Origin: Deltaproteobacteria bacterium
GTDB lineage: Bacteria; Desulfobacterota; Desulfobulbia; Desulfobulbales; SURF-16
Direction: 5' to 3'
Assembly (NCBI GenBank): GCA_029933005.1
Contig: JAOZOY010000005.1
Location: 10,940-74,939 of the forward strand
Length of the DNA: 64,000 nt
Of the stretch, positions 50,273 to 60,152 are shown piece by piece. The notes beneath the pieces were generated by a model, which had not been told where the DNA came from, searched no databases, and worked only from the letters and a program-made list of their open reading frames with translations. Both the position numbers and the translations under genes were made by a program. The stretch's first letter is position 1. Every line of letters begins with the position of its first letter.

Positions 50273-51565
50273 TTAGCGGCTTGTCATTTTTCTGAATACC
50301 CATTCAGTCTTCTCAAGGGTTTTTGCCAGGTCATTTTCGCTTTGGGCCGCAGAGATAAAAGTACCCTCGAATTGAGACGGAGCCAGATAAATTCCCTGGT
50401 TCAGCATCTCTCGGTAAAAAAATGAATATTTTTCTGTATCTGCTTTCATGGCTGAATCGAAGTCAGTGACCGGCTTGCCCGTGAAAAATGTCGTCATCAC
50501 TGAACCGGCCCGGTTCAAGGTTGACTGCGGAATATATTTTGCTGCCAGCTGTTGCAGTTCATTTGCGAATTTTTCCGCCTTATCGTTAAGAGCCTGGTAA
50601 AAGCCGGGTTCTTTAAGGATTTTTAAAGTGGCTACACCAGCAGCCATGGCCAGGGGATTACCGGACAGGGTGCCGGCCTGGTAAACCGGACCTTCAGGGG
50701 CAATGTGGGCCATGATTTCTTTTTTGCCGCCATAGGCGCCCACCGGCAGTCCGCCGCCGATGATTTTACCCATACAGGTCAGATCCGGCATAATATTGAA
50801 TTTTTCCTGGGCTCCGCCATAGCTCAGCCTGAAGCCGGTGATGACTTCATCAAAAATTAAAAGGATGCCTAATTCAGAGGTCAGGTCCCGTAATTTCTGC
50901 AGGAAATTTGGCTGTGGCAGCACAACACCCATGTTGGCGGCCACTGGTTCGATGATCACACAGGCAATGTCCAGGGAATCGTCACGCAGGGTTTTTTCAA
51001 GGATATCGATATTATTATAAGGTATGGACACCGTATTTTTAACAATATCTTCCGGCACACCTGGAGTGCCGGGAATTCCCAGGGTAATCAATCCTGAACC
51101 GGCCTTCACCAGGAAGGAGTCGGCATGACCGTGATAGCAGCCGTCGAATTTTACCACCACATTTTTTCCGGTATAGCCCCTGGCAAGCCGGATGGCGCTC
51201 ATGGTCGCCTCGGTGCCGGAATTAACAAAGCGGACCTTTTCCACCGCTGGCAGGGCCTCCGTGACCAGTTCGGCCAGTTCTACCTCCAGGGGCGTCGGGG
51301 CGCCAAAGCTTGTGCCGTTGGCCAGGGCCTTTTGCACGGCTTCCACCACGGCTGGATGGTTATGGCCAAGAATCATCGGTCCCCAGGAACAGACGAAGTC
51401 AATGAATTCGTTGCCGTCAACATCGTATATTTTCGAACCGACCGCCCGTTCGATAAAAAGAGGATTACAGCCGACTGATTTACAGGCCCTGACCGGGCTG
51501 TTGACCCCTCCGGGAATAAGCTGTTGAGCCTTGGAAAAAAATGATTCTGATTTTTCGCGCTGCAT
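50273..51565 (-). CDS. hemL: Glutamate-1-semialdehyde 2,1-aminomutase
   Basis: 'GGVNSPVRA', 'FDEVITGFR', '[15 protein letters not shown]'. Confidence 0.95.
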   Translation of the reverse strand: MQREKSESFFSKAQQLIPGGVNSPVRACKSVGCNPLFIERAVGSKIYDVDGNEFIDFVCSWGPMILGHNHPAVVEAVQKALANGTSFGAPTPLEVELAELVTEALPAVEKVRFVNSGTEATMSAIRLARGYTGKNVVVKFDGCYHGHADSFLVKAGSGLITLGIPGTPGVPEDIVKNTVSIPYNNIDILEKTLRDDSLDIACVIIEPVAANMGVVLPQPNFLQKLRDLTSELGILLIFDEVITGFRLSYGGAQEKFNIMPDLTCMGKIIGGGLPVGAYGGKKEIMAHIAPEGPVYQAGTLSGNPLAMAAGVATLKILKEPGFYQALNDKAEKFANELQQLAAKYIPQSTLNRAGSVMTTFFTGKPVTDFDSAMKADTEKYSFFYREMLNQGIYLAPSQFEGTFISAAQSENDLAKTLEKTEWVFRKMTSR

Positions 51566-52044
51566 TGTTGTCTCCTATGTAAGGCTGAAGGTAGAAAGCT
51601 GTAGAGAAATGGTAAAATCGTCAACTCTTTCGCTTTGCGCCTGCGTATTTTAAAAAGACTTGTAAAAAATAGATAAAAAGGCGAGAGGTGATAAGTAATT
51701 GCTTTCCGGCCGCATCAGGCGACAGAAAAATCGGGGAGATTCCCTCAAGATTTTCTGACGAAAACAGGGCCCCATGGCCTCCTTCGGTAACTCATTTTCG
51801 ACTAAGTTCCCCTGATAATCTGTCTACTGTTCAGACAGTGGCCACAACACCCTGAACACTTTTCGATAATACAGGAATAAGGCTACAAAACGAGCAGGTA
51901 AAAGGCAAGAATTTTTCTGGGAAAATCGGCAACTGTTTATCCGGCAAAGTTTTTTTAATCGGTATAGTTTCATAAACAGGATCGGATTCAAGATAACTCA
52001 ACTTTCCGGGTTAATGTATTGTATGGATTTAATGATGTTTTTTC

Positions 52045-52170
52045 GTAGGTTGGGTTAAATTTTAATACCCGCCGGAATTGTTGGGTTTGAGTAAATACAG
52101 GCTATTTACTGATTTTCCAGCATCTCAAACCCAACAAACTTGGCAGCATGAAATAACATCAACCCAACAT
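52045..52170. repeat. Second copy-cluster of the GTAGGTTGGGTT / AAACCCAACA palindromic family
   Basis: gtaggttgggtt at 52045-52056. ttgttgggtttgag (52078-52091) pairs with ctcaaacccaacaa (52124-52137). Inner hairpin gtaaata-caggc-tatttac. aacccaac at 52161-52168. Confidence 0.75.
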
Positions 52171-52303
52171 GCGCTATAATAATCGCGAAACAACAACGGC
52201 TTATGCCAAGTCGGAAAGTTGAGAAGATAAAAAAAGGTGTCAAAATGAGACGGGCTGTCAATCACAGGTGATATATGGCAGCTCGTAGCCTGGCCAGCCG
52301 TCA

Positions 52304-52912
52304 TCAAAAAAATTGTCCTGTTCCGTAATCACATGGTTTATGTTGGGATGGCGTAAACCTGTTTTCCGGTGGCGGCCGAGGCTGTTCCTGTATGCGCCAC
52401 TGATCCAGATGTTCAAGTATTTTACGGATAATCTTCGGCTCATTGATGAAACTGATGATTTTCATTTCTCCCTGACAAGGCGAACATTTCAGGGGATCAA
52501 CCTCCCATACTTTTTTTATGCACTCCCGCCACGTCGGCGGCGGGATCCTGCGCGGCTTGTACATCAGCACAAGGCGTAACAGGCGCGATTGTCTGCGTGC
52601 AAGCGCTTGTTGTACGTCTCTGAACGCTTCATGGTACTTCGCCACGCCCGACATGCCCCGCAGGTAATCTGGCTCAAGCTCCACCACCATGAATGCCTCT
52701 TCAGGCACCTCATACTCACATCTTATTCCGAATCCAACCGCAGGCTTAAATCCAAACCGTGGGTAGTATTCTGGGTGCCCGAGTACAACTACCGCACCGA
52801 AACAGAGACGGTCCCAAGAATTAGGACCAGGCCTTAAGTTGTATTTTGGGACAATAGGATGTCCCCTATTGCCCCTTCCTGTTCCAGAAGGACTTGACAT
52901 CCCAACTTTCAC
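52304..52912 (-). pseudogene. Chimeric ORF that reads through a GNAT-acetyltransferase C-terminal fragment into a transposase C-terminal fragment
   Basis: aa 33-100, 'VVLGHPEYYPRFGFKPA...EAFMVVEL', look like a GNAT C-terminus. aa 119-182 look like a transposase C-terminus. Neither part is full length. Confidence 0.65.
52367..52558 (-). mobile_element. IS91/IS801-family (Y2) transposase C-terminal remnant
   Basis: 'WRECIKKVWEVDPLKCSPCQGEMKIISFINEPKIIRKILEHL' matches the conserved Zn-ribbon tail of this family as I recall it. No catalytic domain or element ends are present. Confidence 0.55.
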
Positions 52913-52953
52913 CTTGGTAATATCCAGGTAAATTCTAAAAAGGCATTATTGAT

Positions 52954-54111
52954 ATGCATGAATATATTTCCCGGATTGCTGAAAAAAAATTAGCCAGGGC
53001 TCTGCATCGTTCACCTGCCGTGGCAGTGCTTGGCCCTCGGCAATGCGGTAAATCAACAATGGCCCGACAATTTCTGTCCCCTGCCTCCGCCATATACCTG
53101 GATCTTCAGGATCGGGTTGACCGTAACAAGCTTCTTGAACCGGAACTTTTCTTTGATCATTACCGCGACAAACTTATCTGTCTTGATGAAATTCAACTTC
53201 TACCGGAATTTTTCTCGGTGCTCCGCTCGGAAATTGACCGGGACAGACGGCCGGGAAGGTTTCTTATTCTAGGCTCAGCCTCCCGTGATCTTATAAAACA
53301 GACAACCGAGTCCCTGGCCGGGCGCATTGCCTATTTGGACTTGACACCATTCCTGTTGCGTGAGATCGGGGATCAATCATCCTGGTCAGCGCTGTGGCTC
53401 CGGGGCGGATTTCCTGAAAGCCTGCTTGCGGAAACCGACGCCGACAGTTTTGACTGGCGGCTCGATTTTATCCGTACCTTCATGGAACGGGATATTCCTA
53501 GGCTGGGATTTCATATCGCGGTTCCGGTCATTGAACGTTTATGGCTGCTGCTGGCCCATTATCATGGCCAGACACTTAATTACAGCAAACTGGCTGCGGC
53601 AGCTGACATATCCATCCCCACTCTAAAAAAATATCTGTCTCTCCTGGAACAGACATATATGATCCGCCTGCTGCCGCCGTCCACGGCAAATCTGAAAAAA
53701 AGACTCATCAAGGCGCCAAAACTGTATTTGCGGGATACAGGAATCCTTCACGCCCTTCTTGACATAGAAAGCTATGATTTTCTGCTGGCAAATCCGATGG
53801 CTGGCGCTTCATGGGAGGGATTTGCAATTGAAAACATCATTGCGGAACATGACCGCTTCCGGGCCTCTTTCCTGCGAACGGCAAATGGCGCGGAAATAGA
53901 CCTGCTTCTGGAACGGGGCGGCCAACGCCATCTTTTTGAATGCAAACTCTCCAAAGCACCCAAACCATCGCGTGGTTTTTATGAACTGACCCAATCACTG
54001 CGGCCGGACACGGCCCGCGTTATCGCGCCCGTTGATGAGCCTTATGAAATAAAACATGGTATCCTGGTCTGTTCCCCGGTGTTCAACGGAGACAAAGTAA
54101 AAAACTTATAA
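52954..54111 (+). CDS. AAA-family ATPase with a DUF4143 C-terminal domain
   Basis: Walker A 'LGPRQCGKST' and Walker B 'LICLDEIQ', with the AAA_14/DUF4143 architecture. Confidence 0.8.
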   Translation: MHEYISRIAEKKLARALHRSPAVAVLGPRQCGKSTMARQFLSPASAIYLDLQDRVDRNKLLEPELFFDHYRDKLICLDEIQLLPEFFSVLRSEIDRDRRPGRFLILGSASRDLIKQTTESLAGRIAYLDLTPFLLREIGDQSSWSALWLRGGFPESLLAETDADSFDWRLDFIRTFMERDIPRLGFHIAVPVIERLWLLLAHYHGQTLNYSKLAAAADISIPTLKKYLSLLEQTYMIRLLPPSTANLKKRLIKAPKLYLRDTGILHALLDIESYDFLLANPMAGASWEGFAIENIIAEHDRFRASFLRTANGAEIDLLLERGGQRHLFECKLSKAPKPSRGFYELTQSLRPDTARVIAPVDEPYEIKHGILVCSPVFNGDKVKNL

Positions 54112-54407
54112 TCTGAAGAACGTCCTCTATTGTCCCAATATGCCAGACGCAACCGGGTATGTAATGTCTGTGCGCTATTGGCATATCAATCTGACCTGTC
54201 CTTCTTTAGAGGACTCTTTTTGGAGGCGAAAAGAGGATTCTAAGGGATGAAATCGGGTATTTTTTACACTATTTAGTCGTCAATACAGCTAGTTGCCTTG
54301 GTCCGACCCCTATCTCGCTATCTCGCTATCGGGAAGTGCTCCAGATTTCCAAAGTGTGCCCTAAAAATTATGGGTGAATTTTATATTGGGAGATGTTAAA
54401 ATCAAAA

Positions 54408-54447
54408 TTAATCACTATGATTAACCATAGAAGTTTGAACGTATAAT
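54408..54447 (+). promoter_or_regulatory. Palindromic operator plus -10 box upstream of the TA pair
   Basis: TTAATCA-cta-TGATTAA at 54408-54424. TATAAT at 54442-54447. Confidence 0.45.
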
Positions 54448-54464
54448 TGCCCAGGGAGAAAGAA

Positions 54465-54737
54465 ATGGCCCAAACTGAAACCAAAGTCCTGACCGCACAT
54501 GTCCCTTTGCCAATCGCTAATAAAGTCGATGAAATTGCATCCCGACTGGAACGTTCCCGCAACTGGATAATAAAACAGGCGCTCACTTCCTGGATCGATC
54601 AGGAAGAAGAACGTAATCGACTGACCCGTGAAGCCCTTGCTGATGTGGACGGAGGCATGGTTATTCATCATCAGGATGTACTGGCCTGGGCAGACAGTCT
54701 CAGCACCGATGATCCGTTACCTCTGCCACGCCCATGA
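54465..54737 (+). CDS. Ribbon-helix-helix (CopG/ParD-like) antitoxin
   Basis: The ATG at 54465 follows GGGAG. The N-terminus 'KVLTAHVPLPIANKVDEIASRLERSRNWIIKQAL' has an RHH pattern. It overlaps the toxin gene by 4 nt. Confidence 0.75.
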   Translation: MAQTETKVLTAHVPLPIANKVDEIASRLERSRNWIIKQALTSWIDQEEERNRLTREALADVDGGMVIHHQDVLAWADSLSTDDPLPLPRP

Positions 54738-55009
54738 AACTTAAGTGGACCAGTAAGGCCCTCGCGGATTTGGAACGGCTGCACGAATTCCTGGCAGTTG
54801 TCAACCCGTCTGCCGCCGCCCGAACAGTGCAGTCGCTTGCCAAAACACCAAGCAGATTGCTGGCGAATCCACGGATAGGAGAACAACTCTTTGAGTTTGA
54901 AGGACGCGAAGTACGGCGCATCATTGTTGGCAAATATGAAATTCGTTATGAAATACAGGATTCCTGTATTTATATCCTGCGGTTGTGGCACACAAGGGAA
55001 CATCGATAG
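54734..55009 (+). CDS. RelE/ParE-family type II toxin
   Basis: 91 aa. 'WTSKALADLERLHEFL' and 'RRIIVGKYEIRYEI...IYILRLWHTRE' are typical of ParE/RelE. Confidence 0.8.
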   Translation: MKLKWTSKALADLERLHEFLAVVNPSAAARTVQSLAKTPSRLLANPRIGEQLFEFEGREVRRIIVGKYEIRYEIQDSCIYILRLWHTREHR

Positions 55010-55105
55010 GAAGACTGACTGCATGCCTATGACCAATGCAGGGAATATATTCTGGAATAAAACTTAAAATCCAAACAAGACCAAATCGGAAAACATTTTT
55101 TTATT

Positions 55106-58100
55106 ATGGACTACCAAACCCAAAGAACAAATCTCATTGAATGGACAAAAAACCAATTAATTGGGTTTGACTATAAAGACAACATTTTGGTTGGGATAGC
55201 TCCATTGGATCGTTTTTTTACCGGTATATTGTTTCCGGTTTTTCAAAGTGAAGATGGTCTTGACGTTGACGAAACTGAAGATGAGATTGAAAACGATGAT
55301 AAAGAGACAGCCCAACCTGTCAAAAAAGAAAAACGTTACATTCCGCCATCATCAGCAGGTTTCTCTTTTTACATTACAGGTACAGAGATAAAGCTGCGAA
55401 TTTTGTATTATGCAGCCTGTTATCAAAAGCAATCTGTAAGAGATGAAAAAGGAAGATTTATCAGCGAAACATGGGAGAAGCAATCACTTGCCCAAGATAA
55501 TGGAGAAGAAGTGGAATTTACTCCTAATGGAGTAAAACAATACCCGGTATTTGACGATAAAGCCAAGATTGATATCCTTTGGAGAAAATACCAGGATGGA
55601 TACATTGTCACAATTTCAATATCGAACACCCAGACTATTGATGGAACAAACTATCACCAGGAAATCAATAAAAAAGCATTATTTGAAGTTACCTTGAAGT
55701 GTATTGTGGAGCATGGAATCGTTGGTAATTATCCAACGACCAACAGAGAATTATTGAGTGCCGAAGAAAAAGAAATCGAGCTCAGATACAAAGATATACG
55801 TACCTATGCTGTCGGTCACGGAACAGGAGTTGACTGGAAAACAACCAGACAAAACAAACTGGAAATATGGGCAGATTTCATGCCTGTTGTAGAGGTTCCT
55901 CAGGTTACAGCCGACACCGGTGACAACGATTCACAAGTACTACAATTTATGTATTTAAGTGAATGTGAGCAAAAACAAGACTGCCTTGAAGAGCTAAAAC
56001 ATTTTGTTTCTGAATACGACACCTGGATTTCCGCTCAGACAAAAAAAACCACCCATGAAGATGACGCCGATAAAGAAACAGCGGGAAATATTATAGCCCG
56101 CCTTATTTCTGCCAAAGAAAGAATGGAGAGGGGAATTCGGTTTCTTGAGGAAGACGAATATGCACGAACAGCCTTTTCCATGGCAAACAAGGCAATGCTC
56201 ATGCAGATGCTTTCCACTGATCAGGTAGAAAGCAAAACAGCGAACAAAAAGAGTTACAAGTGGAGACCTTTTCAACTTGCATTTATTTTAATGGTATTGG
56301 AGTCGTCCACTAATGAAGACAGTGAGTTTCGCGACACTTTGGATCTCATTTGGTTCCCGACAGGGGGAGGCAAGACAGAAGCCTATTTGGGGTTGATGGC
56401 TTTTTTGTTTATCTATAGAAGGTTGAGATATCCTGCCAGCTATGGCGGCACAGTCACAATTATGCGTTACACCTTAAGGCTGCTCACTTCCCAGCAGTTT
56501 ATGAGAGCCTGCAAAGTTATCTTTGCACTGGAGTTATTGCGAAGGGAAGACACAAAAAGATTTGGCAGGCAACCAATCACAGTTGGCCTGTGGGTAGGAA
56601 CAGCAAGTTCTCCCAACACTTTCAAACAGGCCATGGAATGCAGAAACAATGGCCAACACAGCAAACTTATTGTCACTAGATGCCCCTGGTGCCACACTGT
56701 TTTTACAGATGAAAATTTTGTTGCCCGGGAAAATGCCTTTCATTTCACCTGTACAAATAATGGGTGCGATTTTGGCAGGGAAGAAAAAAATATTCTTCCC
56801 TGCAATGTCGTCGATCAATCCCTCTATAAAAAACCGCCAAATTTGTTGATTGCAACAGTTGACAAATTTGCTCGGTTGGCCTGGGATGAAAGAGCCGGCA
56901 ATTTTTTTGGAATAGATGGAAACCGGCCGCCGGAACTCATAATCCAGGATGAACTGCACCTGATTTCAAGTGCTCTTGGCTCCATTGTCGGGCTTTACGA
57001 AGTGGGTATTGATTCACTGCTCATGGCAAGAGGAGTAAGGGCAAAATATGTCGCTTCGACCGCCACTATAAAAAATGCGGCACAACAGGTGAAAACACTT
57101 TTTGCCAGAGACATGGCGGTTTTCCCTCCACCGGGGCTCCGATACGACGACTCCTATTTTGCCAAAACCATCCCCTTGAAAGAAAAGCCAGGGCGCAAAT
57201 ACATAGGTTTCCTGGCCCCCATTCCTCCCAGGCAGCGTTGTCTGTCTCCATTAACGGCCACTCTGTTGGCAGCACCAATCAATCTGTTCAAAGAAAAAGA
57301 GGAGTATCTTGATGCATGGTGGAGCCAGGTAATTTACCATGGAAGTTTAAAAGGAGTTGGGAACAGTCGGACACTCTATCAGGGAGATGCCGACCACTAC
57401 TTGACACGATTAACCCTTGAAAATCTTGGAATTGAAATTGAAGGAACCAAACCAAGTTTTCTTGATGATAAAAAATTTAAAGCCCTTGATGATTATAAAA
57501 AAATTACAGATCCTGAAATTGTAAAAATCGTAGATAAATACTTACCCATACGAAATTTAAATATAAAAACACTAACCAGTAACCAAAGTGCTGAAGACAA
57601 TGGTCAAGTATTTTCTGACCTGGCAAAAGAATATCATGAGCTTGGTTCCATTGATGTTACTCTTGCAACAAATATGATTTCTGTTGGTCTTGATGTTTCC
57701 AGGCTGGCTCTGATGATTATCAACGGACAGCCGTTAACCACGGCAGAGTACATACAGGCAAGCAGTCGGGTTGGACGGGGAGATGTGCCCGGGCTTGTGT
57801 TTGTCAATTATTATAAGACCCAGGCAAGAAGCCTGTCGCATTATGAAAATTTTCGATCATACCACGATTCTTTTTACCGATTTGTCGAGCCTTCCAGCTT
57901 GACCCCTTTTACCTATCAGGCAAGAAAGCGTGCCCTCCATGCAGCCCTCGTTATTGCGGTTAGACACGGTACTCCGTTATTGGCTGCAGATGACAAAGCT
58001 GAATTTTTTGATCCGGAACAATCAGATGTAAAAAAAGTCATTCATATCATGAAACAGCGCATCGCTTCGGCAATAGGGGATAATAAGGCATCCATGAAAC

Positions 58101-58333
58101 AAGTCAATAACCATCTCAGTGAGCTGGTTAACGAATGGTATACGGAAACCAGGTTGAGTGACAGCAAGAAGAGAAATTTGGTGTATTTTTCAAAGGATCG
58201 GGGATCAGATAATCTGCTGCGCAATTTTGACGAAGATCAGGGAGTGTGGCCTACCTTACAGTCCATGAGAAATGTGGAAAATAACGCTTTGATGAAGTTA
58301 TTACCGGGGGTAAAAAAACAAAATGCAGAATAA
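55106..58333 (+). CDS. DrmA-like SF2 (DExH) helicase with an internal zinc ribbon
   Basis: Walker A 'FPTGGGKTEAYLG', motif II 'IIQDELHLISS', 'ATVDKFARL', 'ASTATIKNA', 'LATNMISVGLDVSRL', motif VI 'QASSRVGRG'. The ribbon is 'CPWCHT...CTNNGC'. Confidence 0.8.
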   Translation: MDYQTQRTNLIEWTKNQLIGFDYKDNILVGIAPLDRFFTGILFPVFQSEDGLDVDETEDEIENDDKETAQPVKKEKRYIPPSSAGFSFYITGTEIKLRILYYAACYQKQSVRDEKGRFISETWEKQSLAQDNGEEVEFTPNGVKQYPVFDDKAKIDILWRKYQDGYIVTISISNTQTIDGTNYHQEINKKALFEVTLKCIVEHGIVGNYPTTNRELLSAEEKEIELRYKDIRTYAVGHGTGVDWKTTRQNKLEIWADFMPVVEVPQVTADTGDNDSQVLQFMYLSECEQKQDCLEELKHFVSEYDTWISAQTKKTTHEDDADKETAGNIIARLISAKERMERGIRFLEEDEYARTAFSMANKAMLMQMLSTDQVESKTANKKSYKWRPFQLAFILMVLESSTNEDSEFRDTLDLIWFPTGGGKTEAYLGLMAFLFIYRRLRYPASYGGTVTIMRYTLRLLTSQQFMRACKVIFALELLRREDTKRFGRQPITVGLWVGTASSPNTFKQAMECRNNGQHSKLIVTRCPWCHTVFTDENFVARENAFHFTCTNNGCDFGREEKNILPCNVVDQSLYKKPPNLLIATVDKFARLAWDERAGNFFGIDGNRPPELIIQDELHLISSALGSIVGLYEVGIDSLLMARGVRAKYVASTATIKNAAQQVKTLFARDMAVFPPPGLRYDDSYFAKTIPLKEKPGRKYIGFLAPIPPRQRCLSPLTATLLAAPINLFKEKEEYLDAWWSQVIYHGSLKGVGNSRTLYQGDADHYLTRLTLENLGIEIEGTKPSFLDDKKFKALDDYKKITDPEIVKIVDKYLPIRNLNIKTLTSNQSAEDNGQVFSDLAKEYHELGSIDVTLATNMISVGLDVSRLALMIINGQPLTTAEYIQASSRVGRGDVPGLVFVNYYKTQARSLSHYENFRSYHDSFYRFVEPSSLTPFTYQARKRALHAALVIAVRHGTPLLAADDKAEFFDPEQSDVKKVIHIMKQRIASAIGDNKASMKQVNNHLSELVNEWYTETRLSDSKKRNLVYFSKDRGSDNLLRNFDEDQGVWPTLQSMRNVENNALMKLLPGVKKQNAE

Positions 58334-60152
58334 GCAGCAATATACCCCTGTCAGATTTTCACACTTAACCTCCTACGCCGGTGTCGGTGCAGTTGTCAGG
58401 GATAGCAATGATATGCTCATGGTTGTTACCGACATTCGGTACTGGACTGACAGAAACGGTATCTGCACTGCCATACAGCTACCCTATGTTACCAGAATAA
58501 CCAACGCATTGGGTATAGGGAAAGAATTAAGACTTCCCCCTCAGGCTAAAGAACTTGAAAACGGTGCCATACAGGGACATTATCTACCTGCGGTGTTGTT
58601 CCCCAAATATGCGGTATGCAAAAAATGTGGCCTGCTTTATAATAATCCATGGGAAAAAGCAGGTTGTCATTTTCATAAAACTCTTAGGTGTGAAAAGGAT
58701 AAATGTCAAGGAAAGCTGGAACAGGTTACCTGGTGTGCAGTCAGTAAACAGGGGTATCTGGACGATGTACCATGGCATTATATCTGCCACCATGAGGGTG
58801 AGCATAACTGCAGACCTGATTTCAAAAGCACTTATCTTCGCCTTACTGTAAATAAAGACGGAAAACAGGTTGTCCAATGCACACGATGCGAAAGTAGGAG
58901 TCAATTCAGCAAAAAGAAAATTGGTGTAATTAATAAGCAACAGCCCTGGGTATTTGATCAACCTCAGCCCATTGAAGAATCAGACATTGAAGTTATGGAA
59001 ATCAACAACCCCGGAGTGTATTTTCCTGAACGAACAAATGCTCTGGTTATTCCACCGGAATCAAGAATTGACAAGGGAACGGTTGTTGACCGGTTGTATA
59101 ATAATTCACAGCTATGCCGGACTCTTGAATCTATACGCTCTCCTCTCAGAAAAAAAGGAAAGATCAGGAAGCTCGCAACGGAGTACAGATGTAAAGTTGA
59201 AGATATTCATGACGCACTTCAGCAAATCAGGGACGGCTACCCATCCATGGAGATCATTACTTCGGGAGATATGCTGGAAGACGAATACCGGGCCCTGCTG
59301 ACTCCCCTTGATAACATGCAAGAGGATGAAGACTTTGTAACGGATCAGAAAACAGTTGATTGGCATGAATTGGGTTCTTCTTTTTCTGGTGAGTTGTTAT
59401 CGATTAATAAATTGATTGATAACTTAATCATTGCCAGGAGACTTAGGGAGATTCAGATATTTAAGGGGTTCCGGCGTCAAAGTCCTGATTTTTCCCAAAA
59501 GGAGCTGGTTGTTCCACCTGATATTGTTGGAACAGCTGATTGGTTGCCAGCTATTGAACTCTTTGGCGAGGGAGTTTTTTTCACCTTGGATGAAAAACTT
59601 CTGAGAGATTGGGAAAAAATTCCGGGAGTCAAAAGAAGGACTGACGAGATTGTGACGCGCTATGAACAGTCAGGTGTAACCCTGGCTGAAGATCCCCCTG
59701 TCACTGCATGTTTTTTGCTGCTACATACACTGGCACATCTACTGATTCGTGAACTTGAGGCAACTGCCGGCTATCCAGCGGCTTCGTTAAAAGAGAGAAT
59801 TTACTGCTCTGCAGCAAGAAAAATGTCTGGCATCCTCATCTATACTGCTGTACCGGATATTGCCGGTTCTCTGGGTGGAATTATAGAAAGTGCTGAACCT
59901 GTAGCATTTCTTTCTTTACTGGATAATGTGTTCAAGCATGCCCGGTGGTGTTCCCTTGATCCGGTCTGCTCGGAGCACGAAGGACAAGGGCCAGGTTGGC
60001 TCAACCGGGCTGCATGTCATGGTTGTGCATTGATACCGGAACCAAGCTGTGCTTACAGCAATGTTCTTCTGGATCGAGTTTTTGTCAAGGGAAGTCATGC
60101 GTTGGGCATTCCAAACCTGCTTGAGTATATCGGAGAACAAAAAGATGGCTAA
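58323..60152 (+). CDS. DUF1998-domain protein (DrmB-like) with N-terminal Cys clusters
   Basis: 'LLLHTLAHLLIRE', 'ILIYTAVPDIAGSLGG' and the terminal 'CHGCALIPEPSCAYSNVLLDR' are DUF1998 hallmarks. N-terminal clusters are 'CKKCG...CEKDKC...CTRC'. It overlaps the upstream gene by 11 nt. Confidence 0.8.
   Translation: MQNKQQYTPVRFSHLTSYAGVGAVVRDSNDMLMVVTDIRYWTDRNGICTAIQLPYVTRITNALGIGKELRLPPQAKELENGAIQGHYLPAVLFPKYAVCKKCGLLYNNPWEKAGCHFHKTLRCEKDKCQGKLEQVTWCAVSKQGYLDDVPWHYICHHEGEHNCRPDFKSTYLRLTVNKDGKQVVQCTRCESRSQFSKKKIGVINKQQPWVFDQPQPIEESDIEVMEINNPGVYFPERTNALVIPPESRIDKGTVVDRLYNNSQLCRTLESIRSPLRKKGKIRKLATEYRCKVEDIHDALQQIRDGYPSMEIITSGDMLEDEYRALLTPLDNMQEDEDFVTDQKTVDWHELGSSFSGELLSINKLIDNLIIARRLREIQIFKGFRRQSPDFSQKELVVPPDIVGTADWLPAIELFGEGVFFTLDEKLLRDWEKIPGVKRRTDEIVTRYEQSGVTLAEDPPVTACFLLLHTLAHLLIRELEATAGYPAASLKERIYCSAARKMSGILIYTAVPDIAGSLGGIIESAEPVAFLSLLDNVFKHARWCSLDPVCSEHEGQGPGWLNRAACHGCALIPEPSCAYSNVLLDRVFVKGSHALGIPNLLEYIGEQKDG

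Noticed and set aside
52125-52443. Two ~60-aa minus-strand ORFs near the island boundary
   Set aside because: They are short and overlap the palindromic repeats and the transposase remnant, with no supporting signals.
60049-60144. The track's upstream start for the SF1 ATPase
   Set aside because: The extra 32 codons lie inside the DUF1998 coding region. ATG 60145 has a GGAG RBS and gives a normal N-terminus ahead of the Walker A motif.
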